Source: Methanotrichaceae archaeon (GTDB taxonomy: Archaea > Halobacteriota > Methanosarcinia > Methanotrichales > Methanotrichaceae). Taken from it: 64,000 nucleotides of DNA. The position numbers and the translations under genes are program-made. The notes below the pieces were generated by a model. It was not told where the DNA came from. It made no database searches and saw only the letters and a program-made list of their open reading frames with translations. The stretch's first letter is position 1. Each line of letters begins with the position of its first letter. Below are positions 1-10,015 of the stretch, piece by piece. The stretch covers positions 32,001-96,000 of the forward strand of contig CAWDLW010000030.1 of assembly GCA_963803145.1 (NCBI GenBank). The letters run 5' to 3'.

Positions 1-1388
1 ATCCACTCAGAGATTCGTCCTGAGTCTTCAGGTCCAACCATTATCTTGGTCTTTCCTGCAAAGAGATCCTCGAGCTCGCCGCTGAACTTGGCAGCCATTC
101 CTGGCAGCACCATGCCAGGAGTCTTCTGGCCTTCCCACTTGAAGTCGGACTCATCGAAGGAATCCTTTATCTTCGTGGGCGTGAGCTGACCGCCTGCGAC
201 TGATGCCTGCACACCTATTCCATCTGTATTTATGGAAATTATGTAGGCATCGATGCCGTTAGAGGCGATATCGGACTCGACTGTGTAGTATGTCAGGGCG
301 AAATTCGTCGTGACGAACACTGGTGACTCGGGTCCTGGGTTGCCGACCTTGTATATACCAGGCTTGACCTGCACGGGCTTTCTCGGATCGGTGTAGATGT
401 TGAACCGGAGGTGCATATCAGGCATCATGCTGTGCGCCTCAGTCGAGTGCTTGATCATTATTGCGCCACCGCGGATGGTGAATGCCGCTGTGAGGACGGA
501 CTCCCAGTAGGCAGCCCTGACTGGATCTTGTGTTGTTAGCCAGGCATTGATTGGCAGAGCCATTACTGGATAGGCAATATCCCTCTGGGCCTCCTCAACT
601 GCAGCCCTTCGGAGGTTGATGAAGTTCTTGAGTGACTGCTGTAGCAGCTTGCCGTTGGGTGCCGTACCTGGATCAAGGACCAGATCGGTTAGGCCCATGC
701 CGGCAAAGGTCGTTGCCATGGACTTCAGGCCATCCAGATCAAATGGCACACTCAGAGTTACTGGTACATTGTAATCGTGTGCAAGCTGGGCGACCTCCTT
801 CCAGTTATCCTTATTAGCAGCGTAGATGAGCGGCCTATTCTTGGCAGCAACATCAAGTCCTGCCTTCAGAACCTTGGGGTTGAAGGAGCAAAGGATAAGC
901 GGATAGTCTGTGGTCTCCATTACCTTCTTGACGCATGCCGCAAACTTTGCGGGATCATCGGTAACGGATCGGACCGCAATCATCTCCACTTGTTCCCACT
1001 TGCCGATGTAGAACTTCCTCCAGGTGGAGATCTTCTTCACACGCTCGACGAGCTTGGCCTCGTCCATGTTATCGGTTACATCATAGGCAAAGGGCGGCTT
1101 GTTGAAGAAGGTCATCTGGTGGCGGTACATGATGTCCTCTCCACCAACCTTGATCTGCTTCTCGCCTATGCCTACTAAGACCATCTTCAGCTCAGGGGAT
1201 ATGATCGATTTGAGTGCCTCGAGCTTCTTTGCATACTTCTTTTCCTTGACAAGCGGTGTGCAGTCCTCAACCTTCTTCTTCCGTTCGATGAGCCCTGCAG
1301 CAAAGGCCATGCAGGTCTGTTCGCCGCATTCCTTACAGTTGGTCTGGGGAAGCTGCTTGTAAAGGTTAAGTGGGCTAGTTTCCTTCAT
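1..1388 (-). CDS. cdhE: ACDS gamma subunit (corrinoid/Fe-S protein large subunit), 3' end outside window
   Basis: Hand translation from ATG at 1388: MKETSPLNLYKQLPQTNCKECGEQTCMAFAAGLI with the N-terminal 4Fe-4S Cys motif; later SPVFVTTNFALTYYTVESD; follows cdhD. Confidence 0.96.
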   Translation of the reverse strand, partial: MKETSPLNLYKQLPQTNCKECGEQTCMAFAAGLIERKKKVEDCTPLVKEKKYAKKLEALKSIISPELKMVLVGIGEKQIKVGGEDIMYRHQMTFFNKPPFAYDVTDNMDEAKLVERVKKISTWRKFYIGKWEQVEMIAVRSVTDDPAKFAACVKKVMETTDYPLILCSFNPKVLKAGLDVAAKNRPLIYAANKDNWKEVAQLAHDYNVPVTLSVPFDLDGLKSMATTFAGMGLTDLVLDPGTAPNGKLLQQSLKNFINLRRAAVEEAQRDIAYPVMALPINAWLTTQDPVRAAYWESVLTAAFTIRGGAIMIKHSTEAHSMMPDMHLRFNIYTDPRKPVQVKPGIYKVGNPGPESPVFVTTNFALTYYTVESDIASNGIDAYIISINTDGIGVQASVAGGQLTPTKIKDSFDESDFKWEGQKTPGMVLPGMAAKFSGELEDLFAGKTKIMVGPEDSGRISEW

Positions 1389-1393
1389 GGATC

Positions 1394-2758
1394 TCAAGCC
1401 TCCATCTTAAGCCAGCTGGCTGTATCAGGTGTCTTAGCATCTATAAGTCCCATCAGAGACTGGGTGATCTCATGCACATATGCAACAGCTAGCGGATGCA
1501 TCATCATGAATATGTCCACACCGGCCATTGCCAGAGTAAATCCAGTGAGAATCTCCCAGATTGGGCCACGAAGCATCCTGTCTCCCCAATCGGAATCCTG
1601 CTTGTTGGGGGATCTGACCATCCATGCCTCACGAACGCCCCATGCGTTGGTGGTTCCGGATGACATTGGGAATGTCAGCTCTTCGTCGCCCTTCAGGGCT
1701 CCGAGCCTGATTCTCTCCATATTAGTATATGCGAAATCGAGGCCGTATGCCAGAGCTGCTGTTGTCGGGTCCATTACTATGGATTCCCTTGGCATTCCGA
1801 CGACCTTCATGAGCTTCCTGTTCAGCTCCTTCTGGGAGTTGATCTCAAGCTGCGTCCAGGCGAGACATACGTGTCCATTATCCTTGCATGCCTTTCCTAT
1901 CTTCTCCCAATCCATGTTCAGGTTAGCCGAGGCTATTAGAACGCGCTCGCCCTGGGCCGCTTCAGCTGCCTTGGAGAGCACTATCGGATCCTTCTCAGGG
2001 TTGCCTGAGCCGCCGATGCATATTGGGACTTTAACAGCCTGCAGGACGTCCTCAACTGTCTTCACTGCATCCTGTGGCTTGGTATCCTTCAGCAGCGGGT
2101 CTGTGCTGATCAGGTGTACAGTCACCAGATCGGCGCCAAACTTATCTACAGCCTTCTTGGCCCACGCGGCTGGATCATTTATTACGTCCTCGTAGTGCAC
2201 CTTAACTGCCTTGGCCATGCCGATCGGCGTATCGAAGACATCCATTGTGATCTTGGGCGCATTGGGCATTAGTGCATCTGGGAAGAAAGGCATAGCCTTC
2301 TCGCCGCCGAGCTTCACAACATTGCCCCTGCTTCCGCCATCTGCCTTTGTGGCTCCGATGATGACCTCCTGAATTGGAGTCTTCCAGGTCTTGTCCGTTC
2401 CGACGGAAAATTTGGCTGCATTCAAGGAACCTGCTACCTTCCAGACGGGTACAGCTGCTGCTGCAGCGGCTGCTGCTGATGCAAGCTCTTTTGGTGCCGG
2501 GGATATAGCCTGAGCTACTGCAACCGGCTGAAGCAATGCATCAACTGGATAGCCTACAGCCTTTGCGAAGTTTATGAGCTGCATTGCAATCTTGGCTGCC
2601 TCTTGGCCAAAGTAGTAGGCGAAGAGCGGACCAAAGCCCGCAGCACCTGAGTCTATTTCTATCTCTATATCTCCCTCGATCTTCAAACCTTCAAGGGATT
2701 GTACATTCATTTCTGATAAGGTCTTGTTCAAATCAGATAAAGTGATCTTCTCTGCCAT
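1394..2758 (-). CDS. cdhD: ACDS delta subunit (corrinoid/Fe-S protein small subunit) with N-terminal extension
   Basis: [39 protein letters not shown] and FMMMHP motifs; operon position. Confidence 0.96.
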   Translation of the reverse strand: MAEKITLSDLNKTLSEMNVQSLEGLKIEGDIEIEIDSGAAGFGPLFAYYFGQEAAKIAMQLINFAKAVGYPVDALLQPVAVAQAISPAPKELASAAAAAAAAVPVWKVAGSLNAAKFSVGTDKTWKTPIQEVIIGATKADGGSRGNVVKLGGEKAMPFFPDALMPNAPKITMDVFDTPIGMAKAVKVHYEDVINDPAAWAKKAVDKFGADLVTVHLISTDPLLKDTKPQDAVKTVEDVLQAVKVPICIGGSGNPEKDPIVLSKAAEAAQGERVLIASANLNMDWEKIGKACKDNGHVCLAWTQLEINSQKELNRKLMKVVGMPRESIVMDPTTAALAYGLDFAYTNMERIRLGALKGDEELTFPMSSGTTNAWGVREAWMVRSPNKQDSDWGDRMLRGPIWEILTGFTLAMAGVDIFMMMHPLAVAYVHEITQSLMGLIDAKTPDTASWLKMEA

Positions 2759-2768
2759 TATATCACCC

Positions 2769-3530
2769 TCATAGGCCTATCTCCTTGACGACCGCTCGCA
2801 TCTCAATCACAGCAGGCGAATCGTCAGGAAGGCCCATCAGTGGATCTCCCACTAAGTCAAACTTGGCTAGCAATTCATCGTAGGGAATAGTACCGATAAC
2901 ATTCAGGCCCAAGCTTTTTGCCGTCTCCAGAACCTTATTCTTCCTATCTGGAGTCACCTTGTTGACGATGACATAGAGCTCTTTATACTTGAGCTCGATC
3001 TCCTTCGCCAGATCCCGGATACGTTCAGCAGTCGTAAGGCCTCTCCGGGATTCATCAGTAACAGCAATAAGCACATCCAGGTCGGGTATAGTCTTTCTGC
3101 TGAAATGCTCAAGCCCCGCGGGAGTATCTATGATGGTCAAATCGTAATCATTTACGGTTTTGTCCATAACGCCACGCAGAAGGTTATTTACAAAACAGTA
3201 GCATCCTGAACCCTCTGGCTTTCCCATCACTAGAAGGTCGTATCCCTCCTCCTCCCGAAGGATCTCGAAGAGCTTTGATTCAAAAAGCCTTTGTTTATCG
3301 GTATCTGGAGGCGTAGTGTATCGAGCCTGCTGCATGAACTCCCTCATATCGCCAATGGTCTTTCCTACCTCTACACCCAAGGCGTCAGCGAGGTTGGCAT
3401 CAGGATCTGCATCGATAGCGAGTATTCTATATTTTTTGCTTGAACTTTTTACAAGATATCTAATAAGCATGGCAGTCACAGCAGTCTTGCCTGTGCCGCC
3501 TTTGCCTGTCACCGCAATTACTTTCCCCAC
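2769..3530 (-). CDS. cooC: CooC/AcsF nickel-insertion ATPase
   Basis: GKGGTGKT deviant Walker [13 protein letters not shown] metal motif, [11 protein letters not shown]; inside the cdh operon. Confidence 0.93.
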   Translation of the reverse strand: MGKVIAVTGKGGTGKTAVTAMLIRYLVKSSSKKYRILAIDADPDANLADALGVEVGKTIGDMREFMQQARYTTPPDTDKQRLFESKLFEILREEEGYDLLVMGKPEGSGCYCFVNNLLRGVMDKTVNDYDLTIIDTPAGLEHFSRKTIPDLDVLIAVTDESRRGLTTAERIRDLAKEIELKYKELYVIVNKVTPDRKNKVLETAKSLGLNVIGTIPYDELLAKFDLVGDPLMGLPDDSPAVIEMRAVVKEIGL

Positions 3531-3543
3531 GGTTCAGCCTTCC

Positions 3544-3729
3544 TTATTTCTTCTTGATAATTACCTCTGCCACGTGGACTGTCGCTCCCCGAAGCTCGAG
3601 CGTTATGCCTCCGGAAGCTGCAGGCATGGCAAAAGCTGGCGCGGCTCCTGCTGCTGGCGCTGCGGCTGCGGCGGGTGCTGCTGGAGCATCCTCCTTCTTC
3701 TTAAGCTTGAGCTGAATCTTTCCTGCCAT
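3544..3729 (-). CDS. Small Ala/Pro-rich ACDS-associated protein, paralog 2 (resembles detached CdhC C-terminal tether)
   Basis: 61 aa; strong SD GAGGAGG before ATG; MAGKIQLKLK + Ala/Pro linker + GGITLELRGATVHVAEVIIKKK. Confidence 0.85.
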   Translation of the reverse strand: MAGKIQLKLKKKEDAPAAPAAAAAPAAGAAPAFAMPAASGGITLELRGATVHVAEVIIKKK

Positions 3730-3772
3730 AACATCCTCCTCACTTTAAATTATGATAGTAGTATTTCGCAAT

Positions 3773-3813
3773 AATAAAAGGCCAGTCTCCTCAAAATAGA
3801 GGTAAGGCGGCCT
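3773..3813 (-). terminator. Imperfect hairpin followed by a T-tract between the two small ORFs
   Basis: Minus strand AGGCCGCCTTACCTC-TATTTT-GAGGAGACTGGCCT then TTTATT, right after the stop of 3814..3996. Confidence 0.55.
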
Positions 3814-3996
3814 CTACTTAGCGAGTACCACCTTATCGATTGATATCTTTGCGTCTTTCAGTATCAGCTTTATGCCGCCAGCGCTGCCTGACATTGAGAA
3901 AGCTGGGGCTGCTGTGCCTGCTGCAGGGGCAGCTGCCGGAGCAGCTGCGGCCGCAGGTGTCTTGGGCTTAAGTTTAAGCTGTATCTTCCCTGCCAT
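3814..3996 (-). CDS. Small Ala/Pro-rich ACDS-associated protein, paralog 1 (resembles detached CdhC C-terminal tether)
   Basis: 60 aa; SD GGAGGT overlapping the cdhC stop region; MAGKIQLKLK + Ala/Pro linker + GGIKLILKDAKISIDKVVLAK. Confidence 0.85.
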   Translation of the reverse strand: MAGKIQLKLKPKTPAAAAAPAAAPAAGTAAPAFSMSGSAGGIKLILKDAKISIDKVVLAK

Positions 3997-4010
3997 TTTT
4001 ATCTACCTCC

Positions 4011-5420
4011 TCACTCAAGGACGCCATCTGCCTGGAGAGCCTCTATGACCTGCATAAACTGGCCCTCAGACAAGCCGAGCTTATCCTTGACTGCCTGAAC
4101 ATCGATGTCTCCGCCGGTCTCCTGGATGAAGTTGATAACCTTCTCCTTGATCTCATCGGAGATATCCTCGAGCTTCCAGCCCTCGGTGATCTTCTTATTA
4201 TCAACGGGCCTTGTGACACCGCCGACAACTGGATGATCGACCTTCAGCAGGAACTTCTTTAGGGACTCGATGTCTTTAGCATCCTCTTCGGTGGCGATCT
4301 TCGGGTACATCTCCTCTGGAATGCCCGCCTTTACCCTCTCCTTGAGCTTCTTGGACATCCATACGATCCTTCTCCAGCCTCCATCTGCCTGAAGGAACTT
4401 AGAGGAGAAGTAGTACAGAATACCCATGCCCAGGAATCCTACGACCTGCTTGCCGCCGCCTGTCTGGCCTGCCATTGTGGAGAAGGGAAGCCCGTTTGGT
4501 GCAGCGCCCTTGTAATCACGGTCAGCTATGCCGATTCCATCGACCTCAGGCATGTAGAACCCAATGGTTTCGAAGCATCCACAGGATGTGTGGGGAGCAT
4601 CGAAGAAGGTGTACAGCTTCATGATTGAGTACTCGCCACCGGATCTCTTTGCTGCAACCTCGTTGATGGATGCATACTCGCCGGTGACTGCGTCAATTGG
4701 CTCGCCCTTCGGTACTGGGAACTGGGGGCCCTCTGGGTCTACCTTGGCTGCTGCACGGCCATCGAACCAGGTAATGGCTCCGCACAGGGATGGCCTATCT
4801 GGAGAGACTACGCATGCGCTTGTTGGGGCGAATGCCTGGCATAGGGTACATCCATAGAAGACATCGACATCTTCGTCATGAAGTCCCTTGGCCCTCTCAT
4901 CGCGTGCCTTGTAAATCTCCATTGCCTTGGCCAGCTCTTCCTTAACCCTGGCAGGATCTGTGACGATTGTGATCTCCATCTTCTCGATGAAGGGCATCTC
5001 TGCCTTGTAGAGATCGATGATGGGCTTGTAAATCTGCTCCCACTTGGTTACACCCTTCTTCTGCAGGCTCTTGCCCATTCTCATCCAGATGTCATACCTC
5101 TGGTTGAGGTGCATGAGACCTGAGACATAGGATAGCAGTGCGTGGTTTCTCCTCTCTATGATAGACTCCAGATCCTTCTCGATCTTCTCGCCGCCGACTT
5201 TGAAGATCATTCCGAAGGGTATTGTGGAGCCCTCTTTAATCTCTGAAGGCTCAGGGCCAATAACGGTTATCTTTCCATCCTGAATCTGATCCATTGGAGT
5301 TGCCAGGGATAGCTCGAAGCCGTATGCCTTGGGGCCAGCAAGCTCTATCCACAGGTCCTCTTTTCTGATACGCTCCCCTTCATACATTGGGGATATGTCC
5401 AACTTGACTTCATCTGCCAT
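4011..5420 (-). CDS. cdhC: ACDS beta subunit (acetyl-CoA synthase)
   Basis: A-cluster motifs GCTLCQAFAP, SLCGAI and PHTSCGCFE; C-terminus helical and wHTH-like instead of the usual low-complexity tether. Confidence 0.96.
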   Translation of the reverse strand: MADEVKLDISPMYEGERIRKEDLWIELAGPKAYGFELSLATPMDQIQDGKITVIGPEPSEIKEGSTIPFGMIFKVGGEKIEKDLESIIERRNHALLSYVSGLMHLNQRYDIWMRMGKSLQKKGVTKWEQIYKPIIDLYKAEMPFIEKMEITIVTDPARVKEELAKAMEIYKARDERAKGLHDEDVDVFYGCTLCQAFAPTSACVVSPDRPSLCGAITWFDGRAAAKVDPEGPQFPVPKGEPIDAVTGEYASINEVAAKRSGGEYSIMKLYTFFDAPHTSCGCFETIGFYMPEVDGIGIADRDYKGAAPNGLPFSTMAGQTGGGKQVVGFLGMGILYYFSSKFLQADGGWRRIVWMSKKLKERVKAGIPEEMYPKIATEEDAKDIESLKKFLLKVDHPVVGGVTRPVDNKKITEGWKLEDISDEIKEKVINFIQETGGDIDVQAVKDKLGLSEGQFMQVIEALQADGVLE

Positions 5421-5448
5421 TAATACACCTCTTATGATGAGATGAACT

Positions 5449-6015
5449 TTATTTCTTCAGTGCTTCGATTATTTCGTCGACTGCTGCGTGATAGTCGTCC
5501 GGATTAAATGCCATGTTGCCAAAGGTCATGTTCGCGTTGACGTGATAATACCTGTCTATCGAGACGCGCTTTATGTTCCTGTTGAAGTGCTTTAACGTAG
5601 AGAACATGGCATTGGCGAATTTGTAGAAGATGCCCATGAATATAACGGTATCATACTGGCCTTTGCCATCCAGACCCATCCAGTCCTCGAACCTGAGGTA
5701 GCTGGTGAGCGGATGTAGACCAATCTGATAGACATTAGTCATGTAGCCTCTGTCTACAAAGCCCTTCACGCTGTGTGCTGTAGCTGCGATCGGTATACCT
5801 GTTTTGCCGATCTCAATCATCTTGTCGAACATCACCGGGTCATCAAAGAGCTCTGCTCCCACAACGAGCAGAGGTCTCTGCGACTTCTTGATTATAGCTG
5901 CGATGACCTTCGGCATATAAGTCTTGGCCATCTCGGGCCCAGGGATCTGGGCCATCTCAAAGGGAACTGGATTTTTGGTTGTATCAATACCCTTGGGTTT
6001 TGCTTCAGCTGCCAT
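5449..6015 (-). CDS. cdhB: ACDS epsilon subunit
   Basis: RPLLVVG, W.GLDGKGQYD, IDRYYHVNANMTFGN; lies between cdhA and cdhC; start moved to ATG 6015. Confidence 0.93.
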   Translation of the reverse strand: MAAEAKPKGIDTTKNPVPFEMAQIPGPEMAKTYMPKVIAAIIKKSQRPLLVVGAELFDDPVMFDKMIEIGKTGIPIAATAHSVKGFVDRGYMTNVYQIGLHPLTSYLRFEDWMGLDGKGQYDTVIFMGIFYKFANAMFSTLKHFNRNIKRVSIDRYYHVNANMTFGNMAFNPDDYHAAVDEIIEALKK

Positions 6016-6032
6016 TTTGATCACTTCCTGCC

Positions 6033-8450
6033 TCACTTCTTAGCCCTTATCTTCCTCGGGAGGTTCGTCGGATCAAAGCTCACATCTGCGGGCCGCAAGG
6101 GGCCTGACAGGAACTTCTTGTTCTTCCAATCGACCTTCCAGCCGTGCTTCGACTCAAGCTCCTTCATCATGCTGTCCTTATAGGTGATGGGCAGGTCCTT
6201 TGCATCCCTTACATAGATGTACCAGTCATCAGGCAGCTTGCCGAAGTACTTCATGGAGATGTCGCACCAATGGTTCAGCTTGATCGATCTGCCCATGCTG
6301 TTATCTGAGGGCCTGAAGCAGAGCTTTGCCATCTCCAGCATTGCCTCCTCCTTGGTCTCAGCTATGTAGAGCATCGCCTCAGGAGCGGGCTCAATCTGCT
6401 GCATCTTGCCGTCGCGGGCATCTATGACCATCCAGTCCTCGGGCTTGTCCGCCCTTCCCATGAAGGATCTCCTGTACATGACGGAGTGGGGCTGGACGAC
6501 TACTGGAATACCCAGCCGGTTGCAGCCTGTCGCGATTGATGCTGCCTTCTGAGAGTATGCGCCCCAGGCAATGCCGCAGGCTCCGACCTTGGAGAGGATG
6601 TAGTCTGCAATATCATCGAAGTTTGCCCTGTGGTTCCTGTGAGCGAAGATTGTTGCTACCTTGATCGCAGCATCAGCAATGTTTGCGTTGGCAACGCATG
6701 AGCCGGTGTTGCAGATGTTCCTGCCGTCAAAGCCTCCAGGATACTGCTCCCAGATGCTCTTGCCCTCCTCGTTCTTGTAAAGGGACATATCCATTGCCAT
6801 GCAGCCGGAAGTGACGACGATATAGCCCCGATCCACGAACTCCTTGGCAATATCGTAGCATTCCTTTGTGCCTCTCGGATAGTTACTGCATCCGACCAGA
6901 GCGATGACTCCCGGGATTGTTCCAAGCACGATTGGAGCCCCAACAGCCCTGATCTCTGTATCCCTGGCGGGTCCGCGCCCGGCTCTCATCAGGAATTTCT
7001 GATTCTTAACATACTCACGATTGGCATACTCGTAGAGGTCCATGATGGGTATACCTTGCGGGCATACCGTCTCACACCTGGCACAGCCAACGCATATCTC
7101 ATACATCGATGAGAATGCCTCAAGATTGCCCTTCTTGGCCTCATCGATGAGATCGCTGATTCTGGTGTGGGGCGGGCATACGAATGCGCACTGGTTGCAT
7201 CCCGTGCACTTATCCAGGGCCTCCTTGAACTGCGCTTCAGTCAACTTGGAGGCTATCTTGGTCTCGGCACGCTTAGGCTTGACTGCAATGGCAGTCCTAA
7301 TACCAACTGCTCCAGCCTTCTCAGGATCAAGGATGGCAACGCCAGGAACTTTGAAGTTCACAAGGTCATCCACAATCTGGTCTATAGGATCATTAGTCCT
7401 GTCCTGCAGGCCGAGCATAATCTTATCAGTGGTGGCAATGAGAGGGATCTTGCGTTTCTGACAATCCTCAAGAACATCGCAGTAGACGCACTGCTCATCA
7501 ACCATTACAGTATCCATGACTCCGGAGCGGACCATCTTCCTCCACCAGCCCATAGCTCCTGCGATCTTGGCTTTTGTTCCAAGGTTTTTCGCCAGGCTCG
7601 GGTGTCCAATACCCTCCGCAATCCTCGTCAGATCGAAAGCAGTACAACAGACGCCTCCGATGTCCACCTTATCCCAGAGCTTGTTTGCCTCTGCGTAAAT
7701 CATGGCCTCGGCGCCTGCTGCCAGGTTATGGCCGTAGGCGATGAGAACGCCCTTATTCTGATCCAGTGTGCCCATGCCGACCTCGATTAGAGGGGCATCT
7801 GCAGCACCACGCGGCATATCGTATGCCACGATCTGAAGCATATCGCATATCTCCATGCCCAGAAGATCCAGCATTCCAGCATGCAGCGCCTTGGATTCGA
7901 AGTCTTTGTAATAGCCCTCTTGGCCGGTATGAGTCGCGGCAACGAGCTGAACAACTTCTTCCTCCAAGTAGCTCAAGCCCTCTCCAAAGTCCTTGAGTGT
8001 CCTGGGCTTGCTGCCAACGATTGTCTGGTAAATAGGTGAATCTACAAGAATCTCATCGCCCATATCGAACTTCATATCTCCGAATCTGTCCAGGCACCAG
8101 TGGTACAGATGTCTTCCGTGGGCGGCATGAGCGCAACATCCCATCAGGCAAGCGATGAGGACGATCCTACCGGAGTAGGCTGCCATATCCATACCGCAGG
8201 CACCACGCTTATCACCAGTCAGGTCACAAGGTCCATAAGTACAGAGCGTGCAGGTATCATCTGCTGGGGCATACATGATTCTATATCTATTCGCTATCTT
8301 GAAGTCCCAATCACGGAGCGTTGCTACGCCGGGCTTGGGGAAAGGACCCATAGGTTGGTCCCACTCTTCCTCTTCCTTAACGACAGCTCCGATGTTGATC
8401 TGGACGTTCTTCATGTCCTCAACAGCAAAACTGCCCTCGGTTTTTACCAT
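6033..8450 (-). CDS. cdhA: ACDS alpha subunit (CO dehydrogenase)
   Basis: CTLCTYGPCDL, GHN, GVCCT, VDEQC, two CxxCxxCxxxCP motifs, GCSNYP, GSCV; ATG 8450 has SD GGAGG. Confidence 0.97.
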   Translation of the reverse strand: MVKTEGSFAVEDMKNVQINIGAVVKEEEEWDQPMGPFPKPGVATLRDWDFKIANRYRIMYAPADDTCTLCTYGPCDLTGDKRGACGMDMAAYSGRIVLIACLMGCCAHAAHGRHLYHWCLDRFGDMKFDMGDEILVDSPIYQTIVGSKPRTLKDFGEGLSYLEEEVVQLVAATHTGQEGYYKDFESKALHAGMLDLLGMEICDMLQIVAYDMPRGAADAPLIEVGMGTLDQNKGVLIAYGHNLAAGAEAMIYAEANKLWDKVDIGGVCCTAFDLTRIAEGIGHPSLAKNLGTKAKIAGAMGWWRKMVRSGVMDTVMVDEQCVYCDVLEDCQKRKIPLIATTDKIMLGLQDRTNDPIDQIVDDLVNFKVPGVAILDPEKAGAVGIRTAIAVKPKRAETKIASKLTEAQFKEALDKCTGCNQCAFVCPPHTRISDLIDEAKKGNLEAFSSMYEICVGCARCETVCPQGIPIMDLYEYANREYVKNQKFLMRAGRGPARDTEIRAVGAPIVLGTIPGVIALVGCSNYPRGTKECYDIAKEFVDRGYIVVTSGCMAMDMSLYKNEEGKSIWEQYPGGFDGRNICNTGSCVANANIADAAIKVATIFAHRNHRANFDDIADYILSKVGACGIAWGAYSQKAASIATGCNRLGIPVVVQPHSVMYRRSFMGRADKPEDWMVIDARDGKMQQIEPAPEAMLYIAETKEEAMLEMAKLCFRPSDNSMGRSIKLNHWCDISMKYFGKLPDDWYIYVRDAKDLPITYKDSMMKELESKHGWKVDWKNKKFLSGPLRPADVSFDPTNLPRKIRAKK

Positions 8451-8504
8451 TGGGTTCTTGGCCTCCTCTTTCCTTTGATATACGCCGCTCCCGTTGGCTG
8501 AAAT

Positions 8505-8522
8505 TACATAAAACACTTTCGG
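8505..8522 (-). promoter_or_regulatory. Putative BRE-TATA promoter of the cdh operon
   Basis: Minus strand CCGAAAGTGTTTTATGTA about 55 nt upstream of the cdhA ATG. Confidence 0.55.
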
Positions 8523-8681
8523 ATACCAATTAATATAAAATAACCCTGATCACCAGTATTTTCATCGAATTATTACTATATTGGTCATATATGCTGCGAT
8601 GCGCGAACGCGATCACGATTGTTAATGTATAATATCTATCCGTCAACTTGAAATGCGGACACGAAAGTATGCCTCTGGCTC

Positions 8682-9785
8682 ATGCTAGACAGAATCAGAA
8701 AGAGCTTTGCGGCAAGCAGAGAATGCTACCATGGAGGCAAATTCAGGGAAGCAGCCTTGCAAGGGACCACGCAAGCTCCTCCCCCAATGGATTTCAGCGC
8801 CAATATAAATCCTCTAGGTGCTCCCCCACTGGAATCCGTCGTTTTAAAAGAGCTGGAATCTATAGGCTATTATCCGGATAACAAATACACCGAGTTCAGG
8901 AGTGCCATCGCTCGCTTTGTGGATGTGGAGCCTGAGAACGTAGTTCCGGGAAACGGTTCATCGGAGATCATCAGGCTCTTCGCGGAGATGGTCCTGGAGG
9001 AAGGAGATCTGGCACTGATACCTTTTCCAACCTTCGGGGAGTATGAGAATCAATCCCTCTTATCAGGTGCCAGAGTCAAGCGAATAGAAACGGATTCGAA
9101 AGGCATGCCCATAATAAGTGATCCTGACCTTAGTGATGCCAAAGCACTCTTTGTATGCAACCCAAATAACCCCACTGGGGCATTGATACCAAGAGAAGAT
9201 ATTGCAGCTCTTGCGAAAAGATGCGAGCGAAATGAAGTATTCCTCCTGGTTGACGAAGCTTTCATAGAACTATCCGACCCTGATCAGAGCATAGCATACC
9301 TCGCGCCTGATATGGAGTACTTGCTTGTCATGAGATCTCTGACAAAATCATTCGGCGTTCCGGGGCTAAGGCTGGGCTTTGGTGTCGCAAACCCCCTATT
9401 TATAGAGATAATGGATAGATCCAGGATACCCTGGTCAATAAGCTCCATAGCGGCTGCCGCAGGAGCATATCTCCTCGGTAATGCTGATTACCTTGAGGAT
9501 TCAAGGAATCTTATCAAGAGAGAACGGGAATGGCTTACTTCTGCACTATCGAATTTAGGGCTCAAACCTCTTACTAGCAGTGTTAACTTTATTTTAGTAA
9601 ACATTCAGCCAGCAGGCATTGGCTCGGATGAGCTTACAAAATATATGATTGCACAGGGAGTGCTTGTCAGAGATTGCCAATCCTTCGGCCTTGGAAAGGG
9701 CTACATAAGAGTGGCAGTTAGAAATAGAGAGGAGAATGAGCAGCTAATAGAAGCCCTGGAGCGTGTCATCAAATGCACCGATTGA
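8682..9785 (+). CDS. cobD: L-threonine-O-3-phosphate decarboxylase (class I/II PLP enzyme)
   Basis: DFSANINPLG, CNPNNPTG, DEAF, RSLTKSFGVPGLRLG; next to cbiB. Confidence 0.85.
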   Translation: MLDRIRKSFAASRECYHGGKFREAALQGTTQAPPPMDFSANINPLGAPPLESVVLKELESIGYYPDNKYTEFRSAIARFVDVEPENVVPGNGSSEIIRLFAEMVLEEGDLALIPFPTFGEYENQSLLSGARVKRIETDSKGMPIISDPDLSDAKALFVCNPNNPTGALIPREDIAALAKRCERNEVFLLVDEAFIELSDPDQSIAYLAPDMEYLLVMRSLTKSFGVPGLRLGFGVANPLFIEIMDRSRIPWSISSIAAAAGAYLLGNADYLEDSRNLIKREREWLTSALSNLGLKPLTSSVNFILVNIQPAGIGSDELTKYMIAQGVLVRDCQSFGLGKGYIRVAVRNREENEQLIEALERVIKCTD

Positions 9786-10015
9786 ACTGCGAGCGATATC
9801 CCTGTCATTTCCCCAAGCAGGATTGTGCCTTCTGCTTTTGTCCTTTTTATCCATGTATGGATGAGAGGACTAAAGGTCATATGAAGGGAGATACCTGGGC
9901 TTGCGAGGACTGTGTTGTTATCCATTCTCCAGAAATATCCTATATAATCATGGATGCACTTATGGGAGGCAAGGCCATAACGGAAGCCTGGAATATTCTC
10001 ACGGAGCTATTATGA
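9773..10015 (+). CDS. Cysteine-rich small-domain protein (cobalamin-cluster associated)
   Basis: CERYPCHF..QDCAFCFCPFYPC...WACEDC..IH; overlaps both neighbours. Confidence 0.8.
   Translation: MHRLNCERYPCHFPKQDCAFCFCPFYPCMDERTKGHMKGDTWACEDCVVIHSPEISYIIMDALMGGKAITEAWNILTELL

Noticed and set aside
632-8501. Many plus-strand ORFs over the cdh operon
   Set aside because: Antisense shadows of well-identified genes; no motifs
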